Source of the DNA: Catajapyx aquilonaris
Lineage: Eukaryota
Direction of reading: 5' to 3'
Length of the DNA stretch: 44,846 bases
NCBI GenBank assembly: GCA_000934665.2
Contig: JYFJ02003242.1
Span: 1-44,846, forward strand
Shown: positions 12,456 to 25,855 of the stretch, piece by piece
Numbering within the stretch: position 1 is the stretch's first letter
Layout: every line of letters begins with the position of its first letter
The notes under the pieces: generated by a model
What the model was told of the DNA's origin: nothing
Databases searched by the model: none
Seen by the model: the letters and a program-made list of their open reading frames with translations, nothing else
Translations under genes and position numbers: made by a program

Positions 12456-15400
12456 ATGATCATGTACGTGATCCGGCGGGATGTGAACCTTTTTTTTTTT
12501 TCGCCTTTCGAACATGTAACCATATGGCAGGGGGCATGAATGCGAAAAAATATAGTGTCATCGACTCTTTACAGGTAGCACGCCTACGTAGGAATTACGA
12601 AGAATCGTGCAGATACGAACGATGTTTCAATTTGACAAATTGAGCGTGTGAGATTGTAAATATAGAATTCGTATTTAAATTACAAGCACATTGTGCTATA
12701 TTTTCGTATGAAGATATTCTGCCATTAGAATGAAGTATAATTTTCAAGAATGCTTTTAATTTTTCCATCGGACATCTGGCTGGATAAGTGAAAAAAAGGC
12801 ACATGGCTCAAAGAAGGCCAGTCATAAACCAGATTTATTTATGCTTACCTATTAGATAAATTACTTTATGGTCAGGAAGTAAACATTCAAATAAAAGCGT
12901 GTAAAAAATAATTTTAATACTGTACTCACGGTAGCTTTAGATTTTTTAACCCTTATGGAAGTGGCCTATTTAACTTTCGCGAAACATCAATGCCAAGGAC
13001 AAGTCTTCCGTCAACAATAACCGACTTATCTTGTGGTGTAACGATACTTAAAATCATTATTCAAAGTAGGTAGACTGTATGCTATTTTTTATTCTCTAGT
13101 AATAGTCATTGCACTGCTAAAATCACCATTCATTCGCTCTCAATTAGTAGCAGCATTAGTTGATATAATTTGTAGAGTCTTCTAAAATGTTTCAATAGCT
13201 ACGAGTTAGAAGTAACAATAATTTTCACAATGTAGTTCCCTCATTAGCTTATAGTTCACATTTATGTCACAATAACTCGTCAGTTGAACTCAAGCACAGT
13301 CATAACTCATAACAGAAAAATGGCATTCAAAAAGTGGCCTAATTAGGGGCGTGGACCAAATTTCAGTACCGTATCTAATAAATCTAAATTAAGTACTAAA
13401 GCTTATTCCTTTTTAAGTGCACCCGCCTGCACTATATGAGATTCTCACAATCCGCATATAGACATGCCGGTGATCATCTTATTATACAGTATTTCTACTT
13501 GGTTTAACCGGGACTTAAAAAGGCCCGTAAGTTAGATCAGTATATTAGTCACGACTCGACTTTCGTCAACTTCCGAAATATTTTTAGAGACGTTATTGAT
13601 CAGGACCAATATTATACCCCACCATCATGGGGATCTTATACTGAAGGCACGCGTATGTATGCCGTCAAGTGTTGCCATGAGTTGATTAGGGGTGGGAAAC
13701 AGAAAAGTGGACTGATTAAGTACCCTGGCCATTTTTGGGGAGACCTAATCTTAAATACTATTGCGGTTGGATCCCATTGACATTATCCTCGTGTAGTATT
13801 GCATTTATGACAATGAAATTATTCAGAAATAATTTATACGTGTCGTGAAGCTCTTCACTAAAGTGTTGTCGATGTACGATATAAAGGGCCACAAATTGTT
13901 CTGGAGGGTATAGTTATCATATCCTTCTATAGTATTTCATTGTGAAACAATATTTCGTGTGCTTAGGCAAATACTTTGGCTGATTTCTAAATACTGTATT
14001 AGCTTAAGGTTATGGCCAACGTAAAATACTGAAGAAAATTTATTTATAATCCCGCATTTGAAAATAACTAATGCAGGATCTAAGCATCATCTTAATCAAT
14101 ATTTAAGGCGCTTATTCAAAACTACGAAGTCATGGGACGGTGGTTTTAAATATTATCAGTGCATTGCGGGTAATCAGTTTTCTAAATTCGAATGAGTTAC
14201 GGAAGCCCACCAAGGAGTAGTTTCAATAGCCAAATATTGGTTAACTTCGTCATGCGCATATATAACACAAACGCAATTTAAAACTTGTAATACACAGCTT
14301 TAATGCCAAGTTTAATGCTCCATACAAAAGGGACATTACTGCAACAAGGCGCAGAGTAATCTTAATAACTGACTGGTTAAAAAAAACACAAGCAGCGTAA
14401 TTCGACGCGGTCCAAATATCATAATAATTTTCAATTTTCATACATCACAGACTTAAACTACTGGTTCTGGTCTCCTTTGGGTAATTGGTGTGCCAAAGCA
14501 AATTAATGTCATAGCAGCTGCCCTTGAACGAGAAATTTAGTAAATTATAATGCGTGTATAACGTATCCATTGTTCCATGTAAGATAATGAGCGAAAAAAT
14601 AGTGGTATTGCGTGCAGTAACTAGAATTATAGAGCAACAGTGAACTAACGATGCGTGATGTAATATTTTTCAATTTTTTTCCTCCTTTTCTTGGTCCTTG
14701 CAAGTTGGGACTTATTGATACAATTACCTAGATATGGTCGAAATCTCATCCTTGGTATCCACATGGGAAGCCGAAACAATGCAAAGCGTTGCCAATAACC
14801 CCGTGGGAAGCATACATTTCTATTTCACTCCATTTACGAGCCTGGATTACTTCGGAAGACATTGAAGGCCATGAACCCTATTCGCAGATTTCTATACCCC
14901 ACCCGCATGGACAACGACAATTTCATGCATGCTATACACGGTGATCGGTTTCCCACAAAACCGAACCACCCAAATTTCCAATAAATGTCCCCAAACATAT
15001 AGCCTGCATTCAATGCCTCCATTATATCCGCAATTCAGACCATGATTCTTCCATTCCACGCAAGGCCAACAATTCCAAACTTTCAAGTTTATGATCCATC
15101 TTCCATTGTCACCTTTTTCTCGATTGCGTGCGTGGAAGTGCAAATGAATGGTCGTGACTGCCCCCTCTCTATGGAAGAAAAGTCCGACAGTGACATGCAG
15201 GAGACGTGAAGCAAAAGATGAGATACGGGCATTGCCTTCCTGTTCCGGGCGATTGTGGGGGCGTGAGAAGGCGGTGTTGAGAAGACTAGGGACAGTAAAG
15301 GTGGCGGATTTAGTGTTGGTTTTTTTTTGTTTCTTCTTCTTCTTTTTCTGGGAGTGATGGGACTAGTGATAAAGGCTGAAAAAGACGTGCGGGCGCTTGG

Positions 15401-18400
15401 GCACCTTTGCGCTTCCACCGTTAGAAAAGTCGCAAATGGTGGGGAATGGCTGGAGAGGAAGGGTACAGGCAGGTAGGGTGCCGGGGTGGAGAGGTGCGGA
15501 TTCAGGCTTCACCGCTCCTAACTCTTTTTGGAGGCCAACGCCCCCTTCCCCCCCTACGCTCAGGAAACCCTTTGTCCTCAGACTCCCAATGCCCTCCACT
15601 CGCCCTTTCATTGCCCACCTCCTCCCTTGTAATGCGATCCTCCTTGCCCACAAACCCTCTTCTTTTTCCCGCGACTCCGGAAATTGCCCTTCTTACGTAT
15701 CAAACTCTGGCTGCCCGAAGACTCCTCCACCCTGACCTCCACCCTGGAAACCCCATTTCGCAGAAACTCGCCTTTTCACACTATTGTGCATTTTGTACCG
15801 TATACGCGGTTGCTGTTTTGCACACAAGGTTGACGTCTGGGGAGCAGTTACACCGCGAGATATTCGCAAGTCGGCGCGAATCGTCGACTTGCGCCAGTTC
15901 CGTCTTGTTTGACGCACATTCCCATGAAATATCTCATCCTGCTTTGTTCCTTGAAACAGTAATGCGGTTAACAGTAATAATTTGCATCGTATTTTACCTC
16001 GGCCCACGAATATCTTGGTCAGTGCTCTGGACAGAGATTTACGGGTTAGTTTAAAAGGATGCGTTACGAGTTCCGTGAATTCAAATTATTCCCATAACAA
16101 CGGTCGTATGGGATTTTATGGGGCACTGTACTGTGTTCAGTAATAAATGGATGAATTAATTAATGATAAAACATTTAACAATTACACAATGTTCGGGATG
16201 CATGTGCGCATGATTCGGCATCAAATCTGTCATCATTGATTGGCATATTGATCAAAAAGGGACACAAAGTGTACTGGATATAAATTGAGTTCTATGTCAT
16301 AAAAAATGTAGAGGCCTCGATTGCCAGGTTACACCCCCTCAGATGCATCTCTGCCTCTCTCGGGGCACAGCAATGAATGAATCTTTGCATCTGACATTCC
16401 CAATACAGGTTAACAACCAAGTGCAGAAATAACACACTTATATAAATTTGATATAAAGTGCTAATTAATAAAACTGACTGTCCTAGTCTTTTTCGAGTTA
16501 AAAGTGACTGTGATCTAGAAGGGTAATTCTTCGCGCGTCTTCGCGAGCTATGATCTCCTATACTGCGTTACGCTAAGAGCACTCAACCGAACTACGAAAA
16601 CAGAAAACTGAGGGAAAATGGATTCAACAGTGCGTCCACATAGTGAAAATAATTATAAATGACAAGTGAGGCAGGAGTTGTGAGCACAGTTATGCCTACT
16701 TACCTCCTCACCATAGCCATAAAAATACACCGATTTGCCAAAAAAGCACAGCTAAACTCGTAAAAGATGGCCTATAAGCTTACACAGAATTAAAGCAGAA
16801 TCTTCTGACATGGAACAGTGAATGTCAAAAGAAGTAAGAAGACAATAACATTCATGCATTTGAAACAAATCACACGCAACAATAATACGTAATTCGCGAC
16901 ATCTCACTGTGAATGCCATTTGCAAGCTTGACGCTTCGGTATAAAAAATAAGCGTTGTAAAGTCTTTTCCAACCAGTATTTTTCTGCGTTTCAAATGAAA
17001 ATACGATAATGTCACATTCAGTAAATAACGGCTGCATTGAAGAAAATTTTTAATAATATCAAATCTTACGAAAGTTAACAATGGTGTCCGTTTACATCTG
17101 ATGAGATAACTGCTAGTTCCTGCTAAACAGCGTACGTAAACGTATAACCTTAGAGATTTGTAGAAATAATTACAGGTTTCAAGGTCGTGTTTCTAATGTG
17201 ATTATTATCAGCTTGAACTACGAGTACTTGTGCATAATCTTCTCTATACGCGACGCGACGGGTGTATCAGGGTGGAGCGCCTGGAAATTAGTCAGCGCGC
17301 AACATAAAGGAAGCGCAAAGGTTATCTAACTTCCAGGATAAACAAGAACTGCAGCGCTTCCGATGTTTTCTCCCACGGTCGCTTACGGAAAAAATACGAC
17401 GTCCGCAGTTTATCGAAGAAATATCGTAGCCTACTTGTCTAAAAGGTGCATCACACACACGATTCCTCCAGGTTTAATTCCTACGCATAAATATATATAA
17501 TATTCCATTGCTTGAATATTGAATAGGGTGAATGGCCACGTTTATGGGGGTGAATTCCTGCATCTCGATAGCATACACCATACAGTATACATTCCGGATG
17601 ATTATTAGGCGAATTATTGGGTATAGAGTCAGAATGTGACTAAATTCATTTGCAGAAATTCTGCACTAATTTTTCTGCAATTTAGCACTTCTATTGTAAT
17701 TATTTTATACGCACTGCACATAGCACTACATCCTATTCCAACCATCATCACCAACAGCATGTCGACGCCTTACTTCTTCCTGGTGCTGGCAGCGCTGTCG
17801 ACGCTGCACATATGCGTCGCCGAAGATGAATCCACGGAGAGATCCAATTCAACAGATTCTCCTACGACATCGAGACCATCTTGGCCTCCTCCCCCTCCAC
17901 CATGGTTGGCACAAAACCGCCCGCCATTTCGCCCTCCACCGTCCAACTTCCTCCCCTTCAATCCTCGACCACCACTTCCCCCCACCACCCCTGACGACCT
18001 AGACAACGACATCCAAGACGAAGGCCCACCACAGAAGCCGCATCAGCAAAACGTGCAACATCCCCCGTTCAAACCTCCCTCGATGTACACGCCGTACCCG
18101 TCCTTCGGATTCCCGCCGTTCTTCTTCGGAGCACCCTGGATGCCTACGCCGATGTTCATGAGACCTCAACTCCCCCAAGTACCACCATCTTACAGACCGA
18201 CAGTGGCCAACGTCAAGCCAGAAGCACCTAATGGGCGGCGGAGGCGACGACGACGACGTAGCACGCACGCCACGTCCAAGTACCAGAAGCATCTTTGGGA
18301 CAATCCCTGGGACAAACCATCGTCGCGACGGTCGGCGCGTCAGGCAGCGGCTTACGATCCGTTCGCCTTCGACGACGCACGCGACGCCCCGCACCGCAAC

Positions 18401-20148
18401 GGTCCCACACACGCACCGCCCCCACCGCCACCCACTTCTAGTCGCCCTTCCTACACCTCCTATTACAACCAGCCTCAGCATCACGACGTCAGGCCCACCC
18501 GGTATCCAGAGTATGACTACGACCCGTTCTCCCAGGGCCGCAATCCCTACAACCGCCAAGACGACGATGACGGCTTCCAGACCACCGTGAGGACGTCGTA
18601 CGCCACCCGCAACGACCCTTACTCCAATGAATTCATCTACCGAAGTCAGAACCATCCCCTATTTTATTCGCCAGCCTCCAACAGTGAGTCTGTTTAATCA
18701 ATTACTCTTGACAACTAACTTAGATGTGTTTTTTACTGGATAGTTCCTGGAGAATTCGTAATTCAGCTCTGAAGCAGAGAAGAATATGACTAAGTTTACA
18801 TGACTTATTTTGTGTCATACACCAGGTTCAAGGCAATGTGGCACAGGGGATGGGAAAACACAAGAAATACACTCTATAGCTTGATTTCCCCACTACCCAG
18901 TGGAAAACAACAAGAACTACTGTAGCTTTGCTGAGCCACTCGTCATTCAAGCGCTTTGCCTTCTACAGTATTATCCTTGAAGCTCTGCAACTCGATAGGC
19001 ATGGGTGCATGGAGTGAAGTCATAAAAATAACGTGATCTAATTTATTATTATTATTATTATTACTCATCTCCCGAGAATAGCATTACCCAGTAATTCTAT
19101 ACACACGAAGGCTTGAGCACGAAGTCACGCCACGTTTATAATTTCCAGCTTGCTCCAATCCATTGTCAGCAGAAATTTTCACTATTCTCAGCTTTCTCAC
19201 CATCAGACACAATAAAAGTGAGAGGTTACAGTACCAACAGACAATATAACGTTATAATTACGGCCTGTCCTATTAATTATAGTGCAGAGGGCTATTTTTA
19301 TAATAATCTGTGCAATACAGAAGAACTCATGCCACCGGCGCTAACAAAGAATTAGTAACCCCAAAAGCCAACAAAAGAAGTTCCCTTTTCCAGTGAATCA
19401 GAGGTCATTCTAATGTCACATTGCGCAGGATGTGCTCAAGAAAGCTCCAAAGGCGCTTATAATTGCAGAGTAATAATAATTAGCCCGCAACCATCGCCAG
19501 CTAAATTAGTATAATTACTCATCCATTTGTCCTTCACTTTGCATGTCTCCGTGCCATAACCCCAGTCCTTTCTGGGTCACTCTGAATCATTCTGGGTTTT
19601 CCACACCCCCTTCTTATCACGATAAAAATCTAGCATTTTTGTCTCCCTCCCCAGGACGCGATGGCCCTGATTCCTACATCTCAAGCGGAACCCTGACACC
19701 TGTCACCTGGTCCGGTCACGTCATGTCCCCGAGCAGGAGGCGGCCCCAGCACCGAGACGCTTTCGGCTACAACAGCTACCTGCTCAACAAGTACGGAGCC
19801 GTCGACGACGGCTACCCATCGCTGGACTCCGACCTGTCCGACACCCGTCACTTCGAGCTGGCTCCTCTCCTGGAGCGTCCTGCTTCCCCACCTGTCAATT
19901 CCCTTCAGTCTCGAAACCGCCTGTACGCCCAGCAGCCATACCAGCAGCCAAGGGACGCGCTGCCCCCACCGTCAAATGACATTTCCGACACACCGCCGGG
20001 ACAGCCCGCGCCCTGGGCGCTTCGCATAGGGGCCACGCTGCGTGTGCGCGACGACGAGGAAGGACGTGACAGTTACGGCCGACGTTACTATGTGCGTTCA
20101 GAACTGGCGCCGAATGCCAGGTCGGCGGTGTTTCCCTACAGGCGCTAA
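12456..20148 (+). CDS. Uncharacterised secreted proline-rich pro-protein (~472-475 aa); exons 12456-12463 (putative), 17758-18683, 19655-20148
   Basis: Signal peptide MSTPYFFLVLAALSTLHICVA (ATG 17759). Donor A|GTGAGT at 18683 and acceptor TCCCCAG|GA at 19655 are phase-compatible (925+494=1419 nt, 473 codons). Pro-rich, with poly-Arg and RRSAR basic sites. No family recognised. Confidence 0.85.
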
Positions 20149-21339
20149 GTTTTGCGGGGGCTGACTGACATCATGCATCCCTTGTCATCGTACTCCTAGA
20201 TTATACTACCAAAAAGAGGGGGCGCACTCACCGTTGGGTCGAGGCTAGCCGTCACGGTGTCGATGCCATCTGAGTACTGTCGCAAACAATGGCCATGATC
20301 GTCTTTCTAGTAGTTATTGCTGTAAAAGACAGTCCTTTCGTAATTCAAAGTACCAGAACAATTCATTTATTAGTTTGGTAATTTTAGCTACAGCTATACA
20401 TATTTGCCCTGCAAAAAAAGGGGAAGTTGTCACTCATTCATACCCACCTGAAGATTTTTGTAACACAAGACAGGCATATTCCTAGAAATTCCTGTATTTG
20501 ATTGACAAAGTTCAACATTGTATCGGTAACAGCTTTACAATACCCTCAGTAGTTGATAAAATGTTTTATGTTGGTGAAACAGCATTCTAGGTTACTGCAG
20601 TATTTATTTATAATGGAACATACCTAGGAACAATCCACCACAATAATGACTTTAGTTCACAACAGCCAAGCAGGTATGGGTTGCAAAAAAAGGGGGGGGG
20701 GGGGGTGGCCTGCAGCCCTTGTGTTTTGATGTTTAATATGAGCGTGCTCCTGGCACCCATGGGTATAGGTTCCAAGTTGTCAGAATCTTTTTTAGCATCA
20801 TGCATCACATCATGATGATTCATAAAAACAGATAGTGTACAACTCATTCAGTAAATACTGTTTCACCAATATAAGAGTCAATTTACATTATACATACAAA
20901 ATAAAACCTTTTAAGCCATTTACTTTGTCATTACTTGAATGGATGCAGATTTCCCGAACAAATCACACAACGGCTCAATATTTGATGTTATCTAATGTGA
21001 AACAAACTCCACAGTGTGAAGCAAAGGTAATTCACACACAAACAAAAGAAATAGAAAAAAAGTTTGACATACCACGTGAAGCATAATCTATATCCATATC
21101 AGTTGAAATGTCATGGATGCTCTTGCATATAATTGCTAATTGTTAATAGTCCTGACCACGCCAAATTTTGGCTGATCAGAAGAACCAAACAAGCACCCTA
21201 CCCTCCCTGAACACCTCAGCAATTCCCCCTCTCTGTTTCCTTCCACTCAGGGTTCCAGGAGGATTTGTGGGCAAACACATTTCTGCCGATACAGATGCCA
21301 GCAAAATTATGAAAGCACAGTCTAATGGGTGAGGCTGTA

Positions 21340-24300
21340 TTACTGAGGATTATTCATAACATGGCACCGAAACTCCAGAAATGATTCCATGTCCTTATGA
21401 GTGAGAACACGAGGCATGTTGAACAATGGTCCATTTTCAGCAGGAATACTAACTGCCATACCCAAGAGGACTTTTTGCACCCACCTCAGAGTGAGGACAA
21501 ATGATTCAGACCTTGTTGATGCAGAAATAAACTCCCTCTCTTCCCAAGAACCACCCTTAGGGTCCTCACCAACAGCAAATGCTACTGTTACATAACTCAA
21601 TCCATCACCTGTTCTCACAGGCACAGTATGGAAGAGAAAGCCAGGCGGCAACTCGGAATCTGGGAAATTCCTATCAATGTGGCAATGGCTCAGTATAGTC
21701 TGGCAAGGAATCACTAAATGAGGGCATTCAATCAAACTCATCTCCACCACTGCCCCTGAACAGATTACACAGTTTGCAGGTAAAATGGAGGAAAGGATCA
21801 AGCCTTTGGTTTTGGAAGGAGCAGCCCCGAGACTCCACAAGAGGGGGCTATCCCATTTCATCAGCTCCATGTATTCCTGGGATGTCCCCAGATGAAAAAA
21901 TGCTGAGTGCCACAGGACCAAAACTCTCAGCGGTGACTTGGACATAAGGTTGACAATTAAGTCTTTCAAGTGGCTGCTGGCTGACACATTCTGTTGGCAC
22001 ATATACATGGCACAAGTATATTAATCAAAGGAAAATGTTTAGAATGAGATCCTTAGTTTGACATTGCAATTGCATGATTAACTATTAAAAAAAAGAATGT
22101 TAACTTCATAACAATGTCTGCGCAATGCGCATGTTTTAAAATAATTGTAGACTAGCAAAAACAGGCATAAAAACTGATACGATATTTCCTCCTGTCAAGA
22201 GCTTGACATTATTCCTTGTTATCTATCACTACTACTGCTGGTGAGAGCAAGTGTGTACTACAATCAGCCCCGAGTCACTCCTTATACCTGTACATTGCTA
22301 CCCCCATGAGCTTAGCTATTCTCCCCCACCGAGGGGGGTTGGCCACGTTCGGAGCTAGAGTCAAGTGCCAGTGCAGGTGACGCCTTACCTAGCGGGGCAA
22401 TTCTGAACCATTATGGTCGACTCCGATTGGCTGGAGTCTGAAAGGCCTCATATGGCGAGCCATGTTATGGCCCAAGGAGGCCAGCCAATTGGAGTCGACC
22501 CTAATGGTTCAGAATTGCCCCGCTAGGTAAGGTGCAACCTGTAGTGGCACTTGACTCTAGCGCCAAACATGGCCAACCCCCCTCGGTGGGGGAGATCAGG
22601 TAAGCGAAAAGAGGGCGAGTGACAGGGGGCTGACTACAATACTCCAAAATTATGCTAGGCTATAAATATTCAGTAACACTTACCTTAACTGCTGCCAAAT
22701 TAGGACTCTGGCCCATAAGTTGAAGAAAGTCAGTGTAAATGCAGGTCTGTACTTGCAAAATCTCCTTCAAGTTACTAGATGCAAACTGAAGAAATTTCTT
22801 TGTAGTCTCAGGTCCAATCCAAAAGGCACTGTCACTCAAAACTCTTTCTTTTTGCCTCTCTCCTCCTCCTGACTCAATATTAAATATTGCACCTTCCCTT
22901 CTCATGAGAGCTTCTGAAGGCTTCTGCAGCACTCGAATGCAGCTGGAAGTCCAAATAACTTTTCCAGGGCTCTCCTCAGGCACTACTGGAGGTGGCACAA
23001 TGAACACACCATGTCCAGAAGCTATATCAAGAGTGGTTGGATGGGCTAGAGCAGTTATGCCTTCAAATTCAGTCTCAGCAGCCAAGCCCTCCAAGTCATA
23101 AATCTCTACATCATCAGAGGCACTGACAAAGACACCTCCACCCTGCGAAAGACAAGTTATTTGTTCACATAATCAGAGAAGTGTGTTAATTAATAGAGAG
23201 TTCAGAGTTATGCACAGTATTTGGAAATATAAACAAACCGGTTCATCATTAAGTCACAAAGAATTTAAAGTGTTAGTGCCACAATTATCTATATCTATAT
23301 TTTAGGAAGTTTGTAGGTTTGTGGATTTGCTTGTTTGTTCACTGTAGAAATCCATGGGAATGCCCCAACACCACCTAAAACTAGCATACCAGGGGTTACT
23401 TTTTACAAGGAATTTAACGCAGTATGTTTCAGCTTCCGAAAATGAGCCGAACTCCCACAACACGCTAATTCCTCTCACTACGACCCTCAAAAATAGTCCA
23501 CTTAACATTCCCCAAAGAGAGAATAATCCCTACAGTTCGTGCCTACCAGAGCACTTCGCCCTCCAGTACCTGGAAAGACCGACCCATCCGTGTAGACTGT
23601 CTGCAGGAACTTCCATCCAAATCTCTGTCAATCTGAACCATTCTCCAAGGCAAAATAGCTGGAGCACAAGGTCTTACAGATTCTCCTGAAAGAATCTGTG
23701 AACAATGCGAATTCCTAGCCTCCCAGAGAATCCAAGCAAGATGCTCAGGTGGAACCATGCCACAGAGAACGAAAAGTAATTCAGTAGGCTCTACGATGCC
23801 TGTTAAAAAATCGCTTTTGCAAGAAATATTTTGAAAAAAGGACCCATGGAGAGAACTTCTTTCTTGCATAGTGTGTTCCGAGTCGCATCCTTTTAGTTAT
23901 TGCAAATTACACCTAAAGTGGTTATTCTTTGCAGCTTATTGTGCCCTGATCGAGGTGCCCAATTGTGTAGTAGCTACTGCATTCGACCTGTCATCATCAT
24001 CATTATGTAATAACACAGCCAGACACAAATGCATGCGAGCACACGTCTTGCAGGTGCTATATTGACAGACTTTACATAAATATGTCTAGCGGTAGCCTTC
24101 AGAATAACTAAAGTTAGTATCATACGTACTGGCATGAGCTGTATGAAAGGCATGTAGAGGGCCAACTTAAGATCCAGCACATCCCAGCTACAACAGGTTC
24201 CAGAGGTGATAGATGCAAATGGCTGTGGGATAGCTGCAAACACTTTTCCTCCACAAGAATGAGCAGGCATCCTTTTTGAAAACCCTCCCGCGTGAAGGAG

Positions 24301-24671
24301 AAGAATTCGCAAGCCCTCCAGGTTATTGCCATATTCTAGTTGCAACTTCTGCAGGGCATTGAATGTGGCTCCACCTGACCCCAAGCCTGGTACAGGGTCA
24401 GCTAGCGTTTTATAGTCAACCCCTAGCGGTAGCTCCAGATTGGCCACCTTCCTTTCTAGCTGTGCCTAACAAGAGCCATATTTTTAAATGAGTTGCTTTG
24501 CATTTATTTTCATGTGATGAGGTCAATTACCTGATACCACAGTTGTTGTCTCTCATCAGCTGCTGTCAACATAACCACATTCCAAAATGGTGTCGCTCCT
24601 ACATGCTGTCCTCTCAAGGCACAGTATCGAGTCACAAGGCCTTGCAGGTAAGTTCGTACCTTGTCATTCAT
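21340..24671 (-). CDS. FPGT: Fucose-1-phosphate guanylyltransferase (GDP-L-fucose pyrophosphorylase), 528 aa; exons 24671-24531, 24465-24130, 23142-22684, 21990-21340
   Basis: Motifs FWNVVMLTAADERQ, ELPLGV..DP..GLGSGGATFNAL, ILLLHAGGFSKRMP, SASDDVEIY, TALAHPTTLDIASGHGVF, QKPS and FFHLGTSQEY are colinear with vertebrate FPGT as I recall it. All introns GT-AG, phase 0. No kinase domain, so not FCSK. Confidence 0.92.
22265..22632. mobile_element. hAT foldback MITE in FPGT intron 3
   Basis: Termini CAGCCCC/GGGGCTG with exact 8-bp TSD ACTACAAT (22257-22264, 22633-22640); long internal inverted arms (~22320-22435 vs ~22480-22595). Confidence 0.88.
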
Positions 24672-25299
24672 CTTACTGTCAGCTAACAACAGGATTTACA
24701 ATGTCATTGCATTAGTTGGAGATAGTACCACAAATGTTCAATGTGACTTTTGTATACTGTAGTATATACAGTATCAAATGTGTTACCCAATTTCATATAC
24801 CTGATCAATACCCTAACTATAGGCCTATGCCCCATGCCCCACTAATATGCCCTATGCTATTCAGTTGAAGACGGGAGCAAAGTTGCAGACCAATATGCTA
24901 TAAAGCGTGAATATTTGGAAAATGTGACAATGCAGTACACCTTGGTACACTCATGGAAGTGCATGTACCAGCATAGGCTACTACTAACGCCAGTGCTCTA
25001 GGTGTCTGTTTATTTTACCGTACCTCTGTTATTCTGATATCCCGGGGTTGAGTTTGGTCGCTGGATAACAGCATGAGTATAAGGTGTCAATTGACCAATC
25101 TACTATACATACCGTATGCACCTGAAAGAAATCCACATCTACTGGCGAGAATATCTTACTCTGTCTGGAGGAACACTTGAACAGAAAATCTCACCCATGA
25201 TAACGTGTAGGGCAGAATGATGAGCTGTCAGCTGAAAGGCCTGAGACTCTCAAGTTTCAATCTCAACATGCCAACGAGAAAAGCACGGGCCATCCACGA

Positions 25300-25855
25300 G
25301 TCCGAACCTAAAAGAAGGGCATCGCACAGACGCGCACGCATACAGCATAGGCGTACTAACAGGTGTGAATAATGTGAACAGGTGATTACGGAACAGTCTC
25401 GATAACAAGGTGGATCTCGATAACATGACGTACCGGCAACAATGTCCCATGTTAATCCCCAGGTGGCAGCAGGAACTGCGCTAGAAGTTCCCGCCATGGA
25501 ATTTTGTTGCCACGGTTTGTTACAAAACAATTTGGTTGGAAGCAGACAACCGAAATGGCGGTAAAAATGGAAGATGTTTGGCCTCACAGTTCATTTGTGT
25601 ATTCTCATGATGGGAAAAAGTTGCAATCGGCGCAGTTGACCTCTTGCTCTGGCAACGAGAGACTAGACGGGGAGGGAAGAAGGAGGCCAACATGGCTGCC
25701 TCGTAGAGTAGTTTTTAGAAGCAGAAGACGACCGACGAGGGGTGGATTGAGAGAATCTCACCTTCTTTGGTGTGGATTGCCGGGGAGTCCGTCATGGTCG
25801 GTGGTGCTGACCGGTTCCAGTGTTGGGCGGAGCTCGGTACCTCTGCGGCACAAGG
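25300..25855. promoter_or_regulatory. CpG-rich bidirectional promoter region shared by FPGT (-) and TM2D3 (+)
   Basis: Start codons are 1.18 kb apart head-to-head; local CpG enrichment; twice-repeated TCTCGATAACA (DRE-like) at ~25397-25425; YY1-like AAATGGCG and CAACATGGCTGCC. Motif function is inferred. Confidence 0.55.

Noticed and set aside
15089..16054. Several 100-200-aa ORFs in the long intron of the secreted gene
   Set aside because: Low-complexity purine/pyrimidine-biased sequence, no recognisable domain, no consistent splice chain; more likely regulatory or non-coding.
17999..18655. 218-aa antisense ORF and other overlapping ORFs
   Set aside because: Shadow of the GC-rich, Pro-rich coding exon on the plus strand.
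24512..24534. C/D-box snoRNA motif pair (GTGATGA...CTGA)
   Set aside because: The boxes are only ~12 nt apart and antisense to the host gene; chance match.
21340..24671. L-fucose kinase or bifunctional FKP call
   Set aside because: The protein ends at 528 aa with no GHMP kinase domain; motifs fit stand-alone FPGT.
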